From: a virus
Taxonomy: Duplodnaviria > Caudoviricetes
Strand: one strand, 5' to 3'
Virus record (IMG/VR): IMGVR_UViG_3300022752_000102
Location: 1 to 52,489 of that record
Length of the DNA: 52,489 nt
Both the position numbers and the translations under genes were made by a program. The notes under the pieces are model-generated. The model ran no database searches and was not told the origin of the DNA. It was given only the letters and a program-made list of their open reading frames with translations. This document shows positions 17,315-26,020 of this stretch, in pieces. Positions within the stretch are counted from its first letter, which is position 1. Each line of letters opens with the position of its first letter.

Positions 17315-18721
17315 ATGGCTACTACGTACTCCATCGAGCAGTTGCTCGTTAAGGAAGCTGGCCGTATCGGACCGGAGATTTATCGCCGGACGATCGACAC
17401 TTCCGCCTGGCTCAAGCTGACGAAGCAAGAGCAGTTCCCCGAGGAAATGGGTGATGTGATCAGCTCGATGACTTTCGAGCGGTTCTTCCCCTCCGCCTCC
17501 ATCAACACCTCGACTGCCACTATCGGCGGATATGTATCCGGCGAAGTGAATGCTTCTGCCGGTGCCGGATGGCGTAAACTCGGGTCTAACCCAGTCGACC
17601 AGAACTACACTGCGTTCAACCCCTACGACCAGACTATCTCTGGCGGTACCACTCCTCTCCCGGTGGCTTCTTACCCCGGCGGTGCGGGTAACGTTCTTCC
17701 CGCCACCCTCCAGGGTGTGACTTTCGGGCAGAAACTCCGTCAATACAGCCTGGAGTGGGCCTCGATCGAATCCCCCGACATCGCCCTCGAAGACTTGCGC
17801 TTCGCGGTCAAGCGTCGGGAACAGCTGTCCAACATCATGGACGTGCTGACCGAAAGCACCTCGCTGATCTGGCAGGAGCGCTATCGCGACCAGTATACCC
17901 GCAACGTGACCACGGAAGGTAACCTCGTTATCCCCGGCACGGCGGCTTCTGGTATCGTGCCTCAGACCACCTCGGTGTATGCTGGCGCGGTTTACTACGC
18001 TGTTCTTAGCGGCGTGTACACCTCCGGCGTCTCCGGTGCGTTTACGACCACCACCAACACCCTTCCGCAGAGCCAGCTGACTCAGGGCATCCTGAAGCGG
18101 CTGTACATGAAGCTCGTCCGCGACGGCGCTGGACGCAACGCCATGGGCCGTGAGAACGGCGCTCCGGTGTTCATGCTGATCACCTCCGCTGAAACCAGCG
18201 AGTCGATCATCCGCTTGAACGCTGACATCCGGCAGGATTACCGTTATGCGAAGCCCAATGAACTCTTGACCCCCCTGGGTATCGAGCGTTCCTACGGTGG
18301 CTTCTACCACGCCATTGATCCGTATCCCCCGCGGTTCGTCGTCGCGACGGTTACTTCCACGAATGACTCGATCATTCGGATCTATCCGTTCAAGCGCACT
18401 GCCACCACGAAGGGTTACGCCTATGACGTCAATCCTCGCTACGAGACGGCTGATTACGAGCTGAGCTACATCTTCCACCAGGATGTGTTTCGCTCCGTGG
18501 TTCCGACTCCGGTTAGCACCGCTAATAAGATGAACTTCAATCCGCAGAATTACCGCGGTGAGTTCAAATGGGTCAACATCCTCGACCGGCAGACCAATCC
18601 GGATGGTAACGTGGGTTACTTCCGTGGTGTGCTGGCCAACGGTGCGCGCCCGATCTTCCCGCAGTATGGTTATGCCATCCTGCACAAGCGGTCGGTGGTC
18701 AGCCTCGACTACGTTAGCTAA
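17315..18721 (+). CDS. Major capsid protein
   Basis: 468 aa after the scaffold; strong C-ending codon bias typical of high expression; own promoter; terminator two genes downstream. Confidence 0.85.
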   Translation: MATTYSIEQLLVKEAGRIGPEIYRRTIDTSAWLKLTKQEQFPEEMGDVISSMTFERFFPSASINTSTATIGGYVSGEVNASAGAGWRKLGSNPVDQNYTAFNPYDQTISGGTTPLPVASYPGGAGNVLPATLQGVTFGQKLRQYSLEWASIESPDIALEDLRFAVKRREQLSNIMDVLTESTSLIWQERYRDQYTRNVTTEGNLVIPGTAASGIVPQTTSVYAGAVYYAVLSGVYTSGVSGAFTTTTNTLPQSQLTQGILKRLYMKLVRDGAGRNAMGRENGAPVFMLITSAETSESIIRLNADIRQDYRYAKPNELLTPLGIERSYGGFYHAIDPYPPRFVVATVTSTNDSIIRIYPFKRTATTKGYAYDVNPRYETADYELSYIFHQDVFRSVVPTPVSTANKMNFNPQNYRGEFKWVNILDRQTNPDGNVGYFRGVLANGARPIFPQYGYAILHKRSVVSLDYVS

Positions 18722-18743
18722 TTGAAGAAAGGAGACCATTACC

Positions 18744-19061
18744 ATGGCTTTCCCTCTTCAAGTTGCAACGCAGGATAAGGTCCTTGCGGCTAAATTGCGT
18801 GGTTGCCTGAATAAAGGCCCCGAATGGGGCACTTCAGGTTCCACCGTCGCCACAATCGGATCGTCCACCGGCGGAGTGACTGGCGATACAGTGAGCTCCC
18901 TGAGCTTGCTCGCCCTCACGAATGCTGGTACACCTAGCGCAACGTCCACGGTTGTTGCCAGCGGAACTTATTCTGCTGCCGACCTCCAGACGATCGTTGG
19001 CAAGGTGAACACGATTCTGAACGTGCTTCGGAATCTTAACCTGCCCGCAGAAGGTAGTTAA
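18744..19061 (+). CDS. Capsid decoration/head fibre protein
   Basis: Strong RBS AAAGGAG; Ser/Thr-rich; C-terminal DLQTIVGKVNTILNVLR trimer-like helix; co-transcribed with the MCP. Confidence 0.65.
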   Translation: MAFPLQVATQDKVLAAKLRGCLNKGPEWGTSGSTVATIGSSTGGVTGDTVSSLSLLALTNAGTPSATSTVVASGTYSAADLQTIVGKVNTILNVLRNLNLPAEGS

Positions 19062-19070
19062 TACTTAATC

Positions 19071-19108
19071 GATCCCCCCAGGGTTCTATCCCCTGGGGGG
19101 ATCTTTAT
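19071..19108 (+). terminator. Rho-independent terminator
   Basis: Perfect 13-bp stem GATCCCCCCAGGG/CCCTGGGGGGATC, 7-nt loop, followed by TTTAT. Confidence 0.8.
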
Positions 19109-19122
19109 ACCGAAAGGTTTTT

Positions 19123-19359
19123 ATGGCAAATATCTCTTTTCCTGTTCCCCAAGGTTTTACGCCCCCGGAGGGTGTTGCCCAAGGTCAACCCTTTGATTTT
19201 ATGGCCAGCGGCTATTTCAAAGGTCCGACCATGTATCTTACCGCCGTTGAAGGCGTTTCTGTAGGCGCTGCTCCCGAAATGGAAGAAGCCAAGGAAATGG
19301 AAGAAGCTGGCGAAGAGATGGGCATGGCCGAGGCTGTCGAAAAAGGTCTAGCCAAATAA
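19123..19359 (+). CDS. Small acidic protein with scaffold-like C-terminal motif
   Basis: 78 aa ending EEMGMAEAVEKGLAK. Confidence 0.75.
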   Translation: MANISFPVPQGFTPPEGVAQGQPFDFMASGYFKGPTMYLTAVEGVSVGAAPEMEEAKEMEEAGEEMGMAEAVEKGLAK

Positions 19360-19363
19360 TACC

Positions 19364-19588
19364 GTGGACCGTTTGCTCCTGGCCGTGGTTCGCCAGGCTT
19401 GGAATGATCTCCAGGACCTGAGAGCCGGAAAGGGGCCCGGAAGGCCCAAAGCTTGTTTTGAACGCGAATCGTTCGAACTTTGTTTTGAGCTTTTCTTGCC
19501 TTTATTGGGGGTAAAGGGTTATACTGCGAATAAGATGAGAAAGCATTTGATTCCCATGCTGGAGGAGGTTTATGGCCACGGAAAATGA
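19364..19588 (+). CDS. Hypothetical protein
   Basis: 74-aa GTG-start ORF filling the gap between neighbours. Confidence 0.5.
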   Translation: MDRLLLAVVRQAWNDLQDLRAGKGPGRPKACFERESFELCFELFLPLLGVKGYTANKMRKHLIPMLEEVYGHGK

Positions 19589-19793
19589 CCATATGATTGT
19601 CCTTTTGGAGCGTACCGCTCGCATGGACGAAAAACTTGATGCTTTGCTTGGCGACAGCGAAAAGCATGACAACCGCATTGCCAAGCTCGAAAAGCACGTC
19701 AATATGGGCTATGGCCTGGTTGCCGGGATTACTTTTATTGTTTCCGCGTTTGCCCAGTTTTTCTGGGAAAAAATAGTCGGAAAAGGCAGTTGA
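19572..19793 (+). CDS. Small coiled-coil plus C-terminal TM protein (XhlA-like/holin-type)
   Basis: RBS GGAGGAGG; LERTARMDEKLD..RIAKLEK then TM GYGLVAGITFIVSAFAQFFW. Confidence 0.65.
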   Translation: MATENDHMIVLLERTARMDEKLDALLGDSEKHDNRIAKLEKHVNMGYGLVAGITFIVSAFAQFFWEKIVGKGS

Positions 19794-19817
19794 CAAACAA
19801 AACCCAATCTACACAAT
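19790..19817 (+). promoter_or_regulatory. Sigma70-like promoter TTGACA-N16-CACAAT
   Basis: TTGACA 19790-95, CACAAT 19812-17. Confidence 0.55.
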
Positions 19818-19829
19818 AGGAGGACTTAT

Positions 19830-20129
19830 ATGGCATGGAATGACGAAAATATTAGCCCGTCTGTAACACAAGAAACCGATTCCGCTCTTGTTTCTCTTGG
19901 GCAGAAAGGTTTTGTTTATGTTGATTCCACCGCCGCACAAACCGGAAATTTTGCTGCAATTCAAGTTATTGCTTCCGGTACAAGCACGTTTACGTCGCTG
20001 ACCGCTTTAAACTCTACTGTGGGGGCTTTAGGCACCACCGTTGCATTGACCGCCGGAACTATTATTTACGGGCCTTTTACGGCGTTTACGCTGGCTTCTA
20101 GCAGCAAAGTTATCGCCTACAAGGCTTAA
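19830..20129 (+). CDS. Small beta-rich virion/decoration protein
   Basis: RBS AGGAGG; Thr/Ala/Gly-rich; ends GTIIYGPFTAFTLASSSKVIAYKA. Confidence 0.6.
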   Translation: MAWNDENISPSVTQETDSALVSLGQKGFVYVDSTAAQTGNFAAIQVIASGTSTFTSLTALNSTVGALGTTVALTAGTIIYGPFTAFTLASSSKVIAYKA

Positions 20130-20135
20130 ACCGCC

Positions 20136-20999
20136 ATGCCGAAACTCGGCTTAGGTGTAAACTTGCCGGTTTTTAACATTGCCGGCGCTTATGATCCAGA
20201 CGCTCTGGCTTATGTCCAGACAGCTGGCGTGACGGATGCTACTGCAAAAATTCAAATTAATTCTTTTGTAAAAGGGGTTAAGGATCTTGGGATTTGGAGT
20301 TCTTTTGTATGTTGGCCTTTAATTAATACTCAACAGGGAAAAGTTGCTGGAGCTACATCCGGAACAATTTACAGTCTTGGCGGACTTGCGACATATAATG
20401 GCACGATGACCAACAATCCAACTATTAATACAAATGGGATTACATGTACCGGAACCAACCAATCATATATAGTTTTACCGACAGGGGCAACATTATTGGC
20501 TGTTAATCCAGTAACTTCTGGTGCTGTGTACAAAAGTTCCGGCACCGTATGGGCTTCAGCTATTCATTGGTTATACGGGAATTGGTATGGAGTAACAACA
20601 AATCAAAATAGCGGTGGGTGGTTTAGAGAGGGTTCCGGTGCGGGTGCCGGACTTTTAAACCAAATGCGGGGAAGCACAAATCTTTCAATTTTTGGCACAG
20701 ATGCGGAACAAACAACATTTGCGTTTCTGACAAATACAACCTCTGGTTCTGCATCTAACAACTCAATAAATTACAAAAATGGGACAGCAGTAAGCACACA
20801 AACCGTCCCGACAACCGTAAGCCCAGCACCCTCAGGGTCAGATTCGTACCGTGTCTGTTTTGCACAAAATTCGGCCACTTTTTCTGGAACAATGACATTT
20901 CATTTTGTAGCTCAAAACGTATTATTTACGTCTGGACAAGTATCTTCTTTTTATACTTTGTATAAAAATACTTTGGGAAGTTCCGTTGGCCTCCCCTAA
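20136..20999 (+). CDS. Virion structural protein, possible lectin/LamG-like C-terminal domain
   Basis: MPKLGLG start, DPDALAY...INSFVKG.KDLGIW module, Thr/Ser/Asn-rich beta region. Confidence 0.6.
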   Translation: MPKLGLGVNLPVFNIAGAYDPDALAYVQTAGVTDATAKIQINSFVKGVKDLGIWSSFVCWPLINTQQGKVAGATSGTIYSLGGLATYNGTMTNNPTINTNGITCTGTNQSYIVLPTGATLLAVNPVTSGAVYKSSGTVWASAIHWLYGNWYGVTTNQNSGGWFREGSGAGAGLLNQMRGSTNLSIFGTDAEQTTFAFLTNTTSGSASNNSINYKNGTAVSTQTVPTTVSPAPSGSDSYRVCFAQNSATFSGTMTFHFVAQNVLFTSGQVSSFYTLYKNTLGSSVGLP

Positions 21000-21044
21000 A
21001 ATTTAGTAATTGCAATTTACTTTTACAGCTGTAGTAAAGGTCAG

Positions 21045-21866
21045 ATGACAATTTATTACAGTTTCTGGGTGAGTCGTTTTCGTCCAGTAAACCTCAATTT
21101 AGACATGTGGAGATTGTCATTTGAGCTGGCAAAGAAAAATTATCCAAATACGCCAATCTGTCTTATAACCGACACAAAAAGCGCCGGATTATTCCGGAAC
21201 TTTGATTTTTCCGATGTTTCAACTGCCTTGGACGGGATACCTGATTTTCAGAAGATCTGGTCCTTGGGAAAAATTTATGCTTATCGTGAGGCCGCAAACA
21301 AAGGTCCTTTTTTACATTTGGACGCCGATGTGTTTTTATGGGCACCTTTGCCAGTTGCACTGACTGAATCTCCGATTTTTGTTCAATCTCCCGACAAACG
21401 AATTTGGGATGATCCAGGGTATATTTCTTTTGAGGAAGTGTTGAATAAACATGGAAAACTTCCGGAAGCATGGAAAGATATGCTGATTGCAGAGGATAAT
21501 TTCCACACTGTTAACATGGGCATATTTGGTGGAACTGACACAAATTTAATTCTAAATTATTGTAAGTTTGTTCTCGATATGATTGAAGATCCTGAGCATT
21601 TAAAATTATGGACAAACCCAAGTATCAATACATGCTTGGCCTGCATGATTGAGCAACTTAATCTTGTTTACTTTGCCAGACAACATGGTGTTGAGGTTAA
21701 TTATCTCTTGGACGATGTGAACGACTCCACCAGAAAATCGTACTTAAAGTATACCCATTTGATGAACGGGAAAGATAATCCAGCTGTTATGGCAGCTGTA
21801 TCCAAACGAGTGCAAACAAAACCATATAATTTAAGACCTAAATTTGTGGGAGTTGAGAGATGGTGA
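21045..21866 (+). CDS. DUF6734-like putative GT-A glycosyltransferase
   Basis: LITD, WSLGKIYAY, PFLHLDADVFLW (DxD), NMGIFGG, MIEQ, YTHL. Confidence 0.7.
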   Translation: MTIYYSFWVSRFRPVNLNLDMWRLSFELAKKNYPNTPICLITDTKSAGLFRNFDFSDVSTALDGIPDFQKIWSLGKIYAYREAANKGPFLHLDADVFLWAPLPVALTESPIFVQSPDKRIWDDPGYISFEEVLNKHGKLPEAWKDMLIAEDNFHTVNMGIFGGTDTNLILNYCKFVLDMIEDPEHLKLWTNPSINTCLACMIEQLNLVYFARQHGVEVNYLLDDVNDSTRKSYLKYTHLMNGKDNPAVMAAVSKRVQTKPYNLRPKFVGVERW

Positions 21867-22678
21867 CTGTGCCCAGTCATCACGGGCCGTTATTTTCTGC
21901 CATAGTCGCGGTAAAAGACCGCACGGACCGGCTTGAAATTATGCTTCCATCCTGGATGCGGTGTAATAAAATTTTTGATTTCGTGGTTGTTGACTGGAGT
22001 TCAAAAATTCCTGTTGTGGAGAGCCAAGTCATTCAGGAACAAATGTCTTATTATCCTAATTTAAAAATAATTCGTGTAGAAGATCAGGAGCATTTTTACA
22101 GATGCAAGGCGCTTAATCTTGCCAGAAAACATACTGATTCCAGAATAGCAATCCTTTTAAAGTTAGACGTTGATTATGTAAATATTGACCATGGTTGGAT
22201 GGATATATTAGACGGAAATAATATTTGGTACGATAAAAACACTAAAGCTCACGAACTGGGAGACTATTTTATTGTTGGATGTAATTTTAGTTTTTCTTCA
22301 TACGGATTTATGGCGGTAAACAAGTGGGCGTTCGATTTAACCGGCGGATTTAATGAGAATCTTTTACCCGTATGGGGATATGAGGATGAGGATCTTTATA
22401 CAAAATTATCACAAATAAAATGCCGCCCAGATGAAAAAAACATATTTAAAAAACGTTACTTGGAAAAACTTTCTTTTTTTCTGTTTGACAAATATATTTA
22501 TCATATCCCGCACGACCATGATACCAGAAAATCAAATATACCCGAAGAGTTAAAAAATTTAAACATTTGGGAGTTATGCGAGCTAAATAAAAAGAAAGCT
22601 GAAGATACGGTAGTCATTAGATCAAAGTATCAAATTATTGCTAACACAAAAAATTATATACGAGTGAAAGAATTATAA
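21860..22678 (+). CDS. Glycosyltransferase (GT2/GT7 galactosyltransferase-like)
   Basis: VVVDWSS, KALNLA, LKLDVD (DxD), GGFNE...WGYEDEDL. Confidence 0.85.
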   Translation: MVTVPSHHGPLFSAIVAVKDRTDRLEIMLPSWMRCNKIFDFVVVDWSSKIPVVESQVIQEQMSYYPNLKIIRVEDQEHFYRCKALNLARKHTDSRIAILLKLDVDYVNIDHGWMDILDGNNIWYDKNTKAHELGDYFIVGCNFSFSSYGFMAVNKWAFDLTGGFNENLLPVWGYEDEDLYTKLSQIKCRPDEKNIFKKRYLEKLSFFLFDKYIYHIPHDHDTRKSNIPEELKNLNIWELCELNKKKAEDTVVIRSKYQIIANTKNYIRVKEL

Positions 22679-22680
22679 TT

Positions 22681-22854
22681 ATGTTTTGTTGCCTTTGTAA
22701 AGATACGTTTTATGATTATGTCGTGGAGAACAACAATAGTCTTGGATATTGTGAAAAGCATCACAAACAAAAACTGGTGTTGCTAGGATATTGCCGTACC
22801 ATGGGAATTATCAATAAAAATTTGCAGTATATAGATCCAAAAGAACATGAGTGA
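22681..22854 (+). CDS. Small Cys/His protein, 57 aa (MFCCLC...YCEKH)
   Basis: Translated by hand; fills the gap between GT and DUF1796 genes; CxxC...CxxH pattern. Confidence 0.45.
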   Translation: MFCCLCKDTFYDYVVENNNSLGYCEKHHKQKLVLLGYCRTMGIINKNLQYIDPKEHE

Positions 22855-23653
22855 AAATTGCCATTATTGGGTTGAGCACAAAAGAGCTGAATGTGGGCTA
22901 CCAGCAGAGCAATCCGTCAATATCGCCGGAGTTGAGTCGTTCCTACTTTGCAAAAAACATTATGATTTTATGTCGGAGAAAATAGATCTTGATACTTTTG
23001 ATAGGACTATTGCCCCAAAAGTTATAAGTTTGGGGGCCTCCTGTTATCCATTTATGCGAATGAAAAATTTATTTTCCACGGAACGGTATTTATTTGATTC
23101 CTGTAGATGCAGCCATCAAGTATTATTAACAATGCTTAAATCAAAATTTAGAAATATTCTTAATCCCATCCCGGCAATTCCAAATCAAAATGCGGTACGG
23201 ATAGGGTTTTATGATGAGTACAGTGATTTTTGGGTTGGACATAGGAAACGGGAGCAAATGCCAGATATTGATGCAACTATACGAAGAAGAGCGAAAAGAT
23301 TTTTAGATCTTGTTTCCTCAAACGAGCACATTGTTTTTATAAGGCTACGAAATTATTACTTTGACCCATCAACGTTTCTGGAACCATGTAGTTCAGATGA
23401 AATAGTTAGTATGTTTGAAACGGAGTATGACCAAATTGTTTTAACTCTAAAAGAATTAGGATTTAAGAATTTTGAAGTTTTTTATATCATAAGTTCACCA
23501 ATACTTACTTTAGATGGATTTATTACCATTCCAGAAGGACCTATTTCAGAGTCAATGTACTGTTTGGAGGATCCGGAAAGTTTTAGTAATAAAAATTGGA
23601 AGGGTTGTTTTGATTTTTTAAACTCAATTTATAGTTTTCCAACTAAAGGTTGA
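22847..23653 (+). CDS. DUF1796-like (putative papain-like peptidase family) protein with N-terminal Zn-finger-like segment
   Basis: VISLGASC, YLFD, IRRRAKRFLDL, IVFIR; N-terminal C..C..LCKKH. Confidence 0.65.
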   Translation: MSENCHYWVEHKRAECGLPAEQSVNIAGVESFLLCKKHYDFMSEKIDLDTFDRTIAPKVISLGASCYPFMRMKNLFSTERYLFDSCRCSHQVLLTMLKSKFRNILNPIPAIPNQNAVRIGFYDEYSDFWVGHRKREQMPDIDATIRRRAKRFLDLVSSNEHIVFIRLRNYYFDPSTFLEPCSSDEIVSMFETEYDQIVLTLKELGFKNFEVFYIISSPILTLDGFITIPEGPISESMYCLEDPESFSNKNWKGCFDFLNSIYSFPTKG

Positions 23654-23684
23654 CTTATAGAAAAAACGGTTATTATCAGATTGT

Positions 23685-24077
23685 ATGAAGTTTAAAGTTT
23701 TATTGTTCTTAACAATACCCATATTATTTGTCTCGTGCGCTTCTACACGGACAACTTCATCGGGTTCTTTGACACTTCAGGCCACCACCGAGTCCGTCTT
23801 GAAGGCTCAGGCTATCGCTCGTTCCATTCCGGCCTGTAAGCCCGTAGCCGATGAGCTCGACAACACCAAGGATCAAATCCTCAAACTCCAATCCCAAGTT
23901 GACCAAAACTTTAAAGAGCGTTCAGAGATGGCCGCAAGGCTTGAATATCTTGAGGGAAAATACAGCAAGGCCGTCGGGTTGCTCTGGAAATGGCGTTTGA
24001 TCGGGATTGGGGGTATGCTGCTTTTACCTGCATTTTTGGCCTTGCGTAATTTCTTCCCATTTCTTAAACTATTATAA
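23685..24077 (+). CDS. Putative unimolecular spanin (lipoprotein with C-terminal TM)
   Basis: Lipobox LFVS-C, central coiled coil, C-terminal TM LIGIGGMLLLPAFLAL; first gene of the lysis cassette. Confidence 0.6.
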   Translation: MKFKVLLFLTIPILFVSCASTRTTSSGSLTLQATTESVLKAQAIARSIPACKPVADELDNTKDQILKLQSQVDQNFKERSEMAARLEYLEGKYSKAVGLLWKWRLIGIGGMLLLPAFLALRNFFPFLKLL

Positions 24078-24419
24078 GTGAAAAAGTGGCTTTGGGATAA
24101 CGCCCAGGGACTTACAGCTCTCCTTTGCGGGATTGGGCTATTCCTGGCTCTTGGCCCGTTGCTCCATAAAATTGACCCCGGAGCCGGTGTGGTGGATTTG
24201 GGAGCGCTCCATGTGATCATCTTTGGTGCCGTCAAACTGCTAGCCGCCGTATCCCTGGCCTGGGGAATCATCGCTATTGAGTTTAAGTTTCTCAACGACT
24301 ACGTCGACTCCAAAACGCTTTTGGAGGACTGGTCAAATATCAGCGCTGAAGCCAGGGCCAAAATCCTTGTCGGTGTATTCCTTGGCCTGGTTCTGGCTTT
24401 TGCCCTTTTATGCGGGTGA
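24078..24419 (+). CDS. Putative holin (3 TM)
   Basis: Three hydrophobic segments; lies between spanin and CHAP genes. Confidence 0.65.
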   Translation: MKKWLWDNAQGLTALLCGIGLFLALGPLLHKIDPGAGVVDLGALHVIIFGAVKLLAAVSLAWGIIAIEFKFLNDYVDSKTLLEDWSNISAEARAKILVGVFLGLVLAFALLCG

Positions 24420-24952
24420 TTTATGGCCTGGTTTTGGCGACTTTATTTGGGTTGGGTACCGGAGCCAGAGCTACTGAGGGAGTCCCGCAGACGCGAGAAG
24501 GAAGAGTTGAGGAAGTTATTCGAGTGGCTCGAGGAACCATTGGATGGCGAGAAGGACCTGGAAACTCCGGGCCCCTGGTGGACAAAATTTTAGCTTCAGT
24601 TGGGCTTGAAGGTACAAGGGCTCCATGGTGTGCGGCATGGGTGGTATATGTAGGCGATGAAGCGTTTGGCAAAGAAAAGAACCCCTACCCGCGTTCTGCT
24701 TGGAGTCCCGATTTCGTTAAAGCTCCGGAGTGGAACAGGGGCCGTGGAAAGAGGCCAGGCCCGTCCGACGCCTTTGGGATTTATTTTCCGAGTCTTGGCC
24801 GCGTGGCTCACACGGGTTTGGTGGAAAAGCTAGAGGGCAAGATGGTAGTTACTATTGAGGGTAACACCAATGACGACGGAAGTCGGGAGGGGGATGGGGT
24901 CTATCGCAAGCGCCGGTCCCTTGATACAATGCTTGCCAAGAGGTGGTTATGA
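24410..24952 (+). CDS. CHAP-domain peptidoglycan hydrolase with signal peptide
   Basis: APWCAAWV (Cys), VAHTGLVE (His), TIEGNT; N-terminal signal ending GARA. Confidence 0.85.
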   Translation: MRVIYGLVLATLFGLGTGARATEGVPQTREGRVEEVIRVARGTIGWREGPGNSGPLVDKILASVGLEGTRAPWCAAWVVYVGDEAFGKEKNPYPRSAWSPDFVKAPEWNRGRGKRPGPSDAFGIYFPSLGRVAHTGLVEKLEGKMVVTIEGNTNDDGSREGDGVYRKRRSLDTMLAKRWL

Positions 24953-25362
24953 GTATTCGACTAGGTGCAATAGGTGTACAAAAGGTTTCGGCCAAACTCC
25001 TTTCCCACGGGTTTTTGGTAAGTCTGCCTATTTATGACGATGGTTATGATTTGGTGGTCGATTGGAAGGGAAAGTTAACCCGTGTACAGGTAAAATGCAC
25101 CTCGGGTAATGAGGATGACCGTAGGGTAAAATTGAAGTTTTTGGCGGTAAAAGGTCCTGGGTTCGGAAGCAATAAGATGAAAGAGCACGCTCATCTTGCG
25201 GTTAAAAGGATATATAATCGAAGCGATTGCGATGCCTTTATTTTTTACCATACTGTTCAGGACATCGTTTTTGTGCTGCCAACCTCAAAATTACCCAAGA
25301 CAAAATCGGTTTATTTTGACCCCAATTCCAAGTGGAGGGATAACTGGTCGGTCTTAAAGTAG
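24949..25362 (+). CDS. Free-standing PD-(D/E)xK endonuclease (group I intron-associated/DUF3257-like)
   Basis: VSLPIYDDGYDLVVD...RVQVK...Y....CDAFIFY; ATGA overlap with the CHAP stop. Confidence 0.75.
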   Translation: MSIRLGAIGVQKVSAKLLSHGFLVSLPIYDDGYDLVVDWKGKLTRVQVKCTSGNEDDRRVKLKFLAVKGPGFGSNKMKEHAHLAVKRIYNRSDCDAFIFYHTVQDIVFVLPTSKLPKTKSVYFDPNSKWRDNWSVLK

Positions 25363-25367
25363 AATAC

Positions 25368-25395
25368 TTGACTCGTAAAACCCAACCGGCATACT
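25368..25395 (+). promoter_or_regulatory. Promoter TTGACT-N16-CATACT, probably giving a leaderless transcript
   Basis: ATG 25403 lies 7 nt after the -10 box; no SD. Confidence 0.55.
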
Positions 25396-25402
25396 ACTTG
25401 CG

Positions 25403-26020
25403 ATGAGTTTTCCCAATCCCGACAACTATGGCCGCAGTTGTGAATGCGGGCCGGAAAACACCACTCCTCCCCCGTCAGACATTCAGGATCAACTGGATGC
25501 TTTGTCCGATCAGGTGGATACATTGGATGCCGATGTGGTGGATTTGGATACCCGGGTAACCGCCATTGAGGATTTAAATATTGAAGATTATCGCTTGCTT
25601 CGGTCATCCCCAGATTTGGGAACAAGTAATTTGGGCGCCGGTTTATATACTTTAAGCGCGCTTACGAATGGTGGTTCCTATAATACCGCTGTTGGTGCGG
25701 GAGCTCTGGGAGTATTAACAGGAGGGGATGGAAATACCGCAGTGGGTTATTATTCCGCGGCATTGGTTTTGACGACAGGATCAAATAATACTTTACTCGG
25801 TTATGGAACATCCGTTGATGCCGCGTCTAGAAGTTCTTGTATTTGTTTGGGAAAAGGAACTACAACCCCGCCAGTAGACGGAAGTCTTTGCATTGGTGGT
25901 TCCGGTGGATCTGCCATGGGAAATCTGGTTGTTCCTGGACCTGCTGGTAGCGCAAGCGGAAGTTATCTTAATATTTTTCTGAATGGAAACAATTATAAGA
26001 TAGCCCTTTTATATCCATGA
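25403..26020 (+). CDS. Short fibre/spike protein (coiled coil plus NTAVG beta-roll repeats)
   Basis: LDALSDQVDTLDADVVDLDTRVTAIE coiled coil; YNTAVG, GNTAVG, NNTLLG repeats. Confidence 0.7.
   Translation: MSFPNPDNYGRSCECGPENTTPPPSDIQDQLDALSDQVDTLDADVVDLDTRVTAIEDLNIEDYRLLRSSPDLGTSNLGAGLYTLSALTNGGSYNTAVGAGALGVLTGGDGNTAVGYYSAALVLTTGSNNTLLGYGTSVDAASRSSCICLGKGTTTPPVDGSLCIGGSGGSAMGNLVVPGPAGSASGSYLNIFLNGNNYKIALLYP

Noticed and set aside
17306-18745. 479-aa antisense ORF over the capsid gene
   Set aside because: Shadow ORF produced by the strong codon bias of the MCP; no recognisable motifs
24949-25362. Group I intron around the endonuclease
   Set aside because: Flanking genes look uninterrupted and there is no non-coding space for intron core elements
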